Virus record (IMG/VR): IMGVR_UViG_3300048591_000147
Location: 62,001 to 126,000 of that record
Strand: one strand, 5' to 3'
DNA length: 64,000 bases
The notes beneath the pieces are model-generated. The model saw only the letters and a list, made by a program, of their open reading frames with translations, was not told where the DNA came from and ran no database searches. Made by a program: the position numbers and the translations under genes. Of this stretch, positions 61,728 to 64,000 are shown piece by piece. Each line of letters begins with the position of its first letter. Position 1 is the stretch's first letter.

Positions 61728-62204
61728 ATGCGCAAGAATTACAAGGTTGGATATATCGGACGCAAGCCAGTATTTGTGTCGGTGGAATACGCCAATAACG
61801 CGCTGTCGATTACGGGTGTAGTCAATCCCAATCGCTGCGGCAATTGTGATAGCTGCGGGCAGATTGTCTCATCCCTGCCGGAGATTGACACGTTCACAGG
61901 TGAATGGACGCAAGCGGATATTAATCAACTGTTGTTCTATTGGGAACGCTGGCACCTGAACGATATGCGGGCAGGGTCGCAGGTACAAGAGGACTATTTG
62001 CGCAAGAATCCAGTTAGCGTGCGCTATCCTGAGTCGTATTATGTCAAGGCATCGGACGCACTGGCTGAGGCTGGTATTAACCCTGATGCTGATGGCTACA
62101 AGTATGGCAGCGCGTGGAAGTTTGAAGCTGTACCAGCTCGGGTGATTGCGTGGTTATTCTCTTTTGAGATGGCAGATGATCTGCCAGTAGTGTGGGCTAG
62201 ATGA
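61728..62204 (+). CDS. phage hypothetical protein
   Basis: WERWHLNDMRAG and YKYGSAW motifs; sigma70 promoter and GGAG RBS. Confidence 0.75.
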   Translation: MRKNYKVGYIGRKPVFVSVEYANNALSITGVVNPNRCGNCDSCGQIVSSLPEIDTFTGEWTQADINQLLFYWERWHLNDMRAGSQVQEDYLRKNPVSVRYPESYYVKASDALAEAGINPDADGYKYGSAWKFEAVPARVIAWLFSFEMADDLPVVWAR

Positions 62205-62213
62205 CCAAAACTG

Positions 62214-62245
62214 TTCAGCAATCGTTCAGCTAAGTGATGTATAAT
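62214..62245 (+). promoter_or_regulatory. tandem-TTCAG promoter (representative of about 40 sites)
   Basis: TTCAG-CAATCG-TTCAG-CTAAGTGATG-TATAAT, followed by an A/C-rich leader and AAGGA RBS. Confidence 0.8.
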
Positions 62246-62271
62246 TCAATCATACCAACAAGGAACAGACC

Positions 62272-62517
62272 ATGAACTCCAGCGAACTCAAGCGCAACAT
62301 CGAACGTAACAATCCCGGTAGCCTGTTCTTTTCGCGTGGTGCCATGCAGAATGGCGGTGACACGATGCGCAACTATGGCGTCTGCACTGCAAAGATCATG
62401 ACCCCAGATGGTGAAAAAGAGGTATGGGAATTGTATCGCCGTCAAGCCACCCCACGGGGTTACACTAGCTCAGTGTATTGGGACAAGGCAACATTCAAAG
62501 TGGTCTACAAGGTCTGA
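62272..62517 (+). CDS. small hypothetical protein
   Basis: NPGSLFFSRGAM..GDTMRNY; monocistronic cassette. Confidence 0.75.
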   Translation: MNSSELKRNIERNNPGSLFFSRGAMQNGGDTMRNYGVCTAKIMTPDGEKEVWELYRRQATPRGYTSSVYWDKATFKVVYKV

Positions 62518-62577
62518 TTCAGCTAACGTTCAGGTTCTGAGCGTATAATACATTACATCAACCAAGGGAATGCAGCC

Positions 62578-62967
62578 ATGATCCTGAACACTGTCGAAGC
62601 CACCATCGCTTGCGAAGCTGCAACCACCATTCTGCTGGGGCATTTCCCGCATTTCATGGTCAATATTCGGGTGACGAGAATTCTTGGCGAGGTCGTTCAG
62701 TTCACCGTTGCCAACGTTCCCACCGAAAAGGATGCGCCCTATGGGATCATCCACAATGCATCCTTTCTGCTCAAAGGTCTGATCCAGACTGACCGCAAGG
62801 GAGCATACATGGAGAATCCGATTCTGTCTGGCCGTCACCTGAAGTTCCGCAAGATCAGCGGTTCCAGTGAAGCCGAAGTGTTGCAAAAGTTCGTGGCATG
62901 GTGTGTCAAGAACAAGGCGGAAATTCTCGCCATCGTCCCGAAACTTCGCGGGTATGAGGTCAGTTAA
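62578..62967 (+). CDS. hypothetical protein
   Basis: Tandem-TTCAG promoter at 62518-62549 abutting the previous stop codon. Confidence 0.75.
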   Translation: MILNTVEATIACEAATTILLGHFPHFMVNIRVTRILGEVVQFTVANVPTEKDAPYGIIHNASFLLKGLIQTDRKGAYMENPILSGRHLKFRKISGSSEAEVLQKFVAWCVKNKAEILAIVPKLRGYEVS

Positions 62968-63245
62968 GCTGGCGTTCAGGTTGTGGGGGTATAATACAAC
63001 ACATACCAAGGGAGAACGCAAAATGTCAAAGAAACGACGTGTCATGGTTCGCGAGACAACGATACGTTTCTCCCCAGTCTTCGAGTGTGAGTGTTGCGGG
63101 AAGGTAGAGGTTGGAGTTGCATTCTCTCAGACATTCTATCATCGTCTACCAGAGCTTGACGAGATAGATGTTCCAGCGCATACGCTGCCACCCGGCTGGA
63201 TAATGTTTCACAATCTCCAGTACTGCGTCAATTGTAACATCGAAT

Positions 63246-63270
63246 GAGCCCTTCGGGGCTCTTTTTTATT
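63246..63270 (+). terminator. intrinsic terminator
   Basis: GAGCCC-TTCG-GGGCTC followed by a T run. Confidence 0.8.
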
Positions 63271-63285
63271 GTGCCACCACTTCCT

Positions 63286-63332
63286 CCGACCACGCACCCA
63301 TTTTACTACACCCACCCTGAACAGAACCTGAA
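63286..63332 (-). repeat. dispersed element copy (minus strand)
   Basis: CCGACCACGCACCC-ATTTTA followed by two CTGAA boxes. Confidence 0.9.
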
Positions 63333-63410
63333 CGACAAGTCATTGATTTTGTTCAGCTTGTGTTCAGCTAACTACTGTAGAATACTGACTATACCCAATG
63401 AGGATAGATT

Positions 63411-63788
63411 ATGAACACTGCTGAAAGTCGGCTGAAAGAAACGATGTTCATCGTCGAGGCGACCTCATTCGAACGGCATATGCTCTGGGAAACCAATCAC
63501 ACGAAAGTCAAGTGGGAACAGATTTACGATGGATGGCTGGTGACAGTGGGTAAGCTGGATGATCGTCCCTGCTGTATCGATACTTCATGGGCGCGCATCA
63601 ATGGACAATTGGTCATGTTCTATGAACAGTGTAGCCAAGTGACTGACTGTCTTCAGACTGATGCATGGTTGGATGATCATTTCAATGGTACATGGGATAA
63701 CGGTCACCGTCGAGCGCGAACAGATGCGCAGAATTTTCATCTTTGTTTGAACGCGATCAGGGATGCAAATAACCCGGAGGCATTGTAA
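63411..63788 (+). CDS. phage hypothetical protein
   Basis: Tandem-TTCAG promoter at 63352-63383 and GAGGA RBS. Confidence 0.75.
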   Translation: MNTAESRLKETMFIVEATSFERHMLWETNHTKVKWEQIYDGWLVTVGKLDDRPCCIDTSWARINGQLVMFYEQCSQVTDCLQTDAWLDDHFNGTWDNGHRRARTDAQNFHLCLNAIRDANNPEAL

Positions 63789-64000
63789 TATGCAAAAGTC
63801 AGTTGTGATTGATTTGACAGTTCCCATCATGTTCATTACCAGTACGCTGGTGATTCTGAAATTTGTTGGAGCAATCAATCTACCATGGTTGTGGGTCTTT
63901 TTTCCTATCTGGGGCACCTACCTTCTTTTGTTTGTCATCTGGATGATGATCGCCTCCTTTGTTCTTATCATGGTGTTTCTTAAAATTACCCGTTGACACC

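Noticed and set aside
3768-63305. CRISPR array interpretation of the recurrent repeats
   Set aside because: Copies are kilobases apart, in both orientations, with no regular spacers and no cas genes
1-64000. Genome-wide TAG recoding suggested by the CUA tRNA
   Set aside because: Long genes (rIIA, rIIB, rnlA) are uninterrupted under code 11, and the TAG-ending genes checked (6595, 16753, 19863, 24559, 46059) hit another stop within 1-17 codons

Overview
Accessory (early, middle and tRNA) region of a large lytic T4-superfamily-type phage. The evidence is rIIA/rIIB, T4-type TATAAATA late promoters, RNA ligases, about 20 tRNA or tRNA-like genes and many small, mostly plus-strand ORFs. Recognisable genes are rIIA, rIIB, RNA ligase 1, an RNA ligase 2 split by an antisense GIY-YIG endonuclease, a minimal TilS, three tRNA-abutting HNH endonucleases plus one short HNH, a second GIY-YIG, a SleB-type hydrolase, HD hydrolase, deaminase, macrodomain, OGFr-like, SprT-like, ArdC-like and cyclic-phosphate receiver proteins, and a two-gene tail-fibre-like cassette. 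The most unusual signal is non-coding. (1) About 15 dispersed copies of TAAAAT-GGGTGCGTGGTCGGA (variant GGGYTGGAGGTCGGA) occur in both orientations and bracket gene blocks as inverted pairs. (2) A promoter class TTCAG-N6-TTCAG-N10/11-TANNNT sits at many gene junctions and also points antisense. (3) There are several anomalous tRNAs and structured RNAs: CUA anticodon, 33-nt anticodon-loop insert, Ile anticodon on a class-II body, a 153-nt acceptor/T-arm RNA, and a 270-nt promoter-driven structured RNA. Family assignments come from motifs recognised by eye and RNA folds are manual. No database search was run, and the host cannot be determined from this window.
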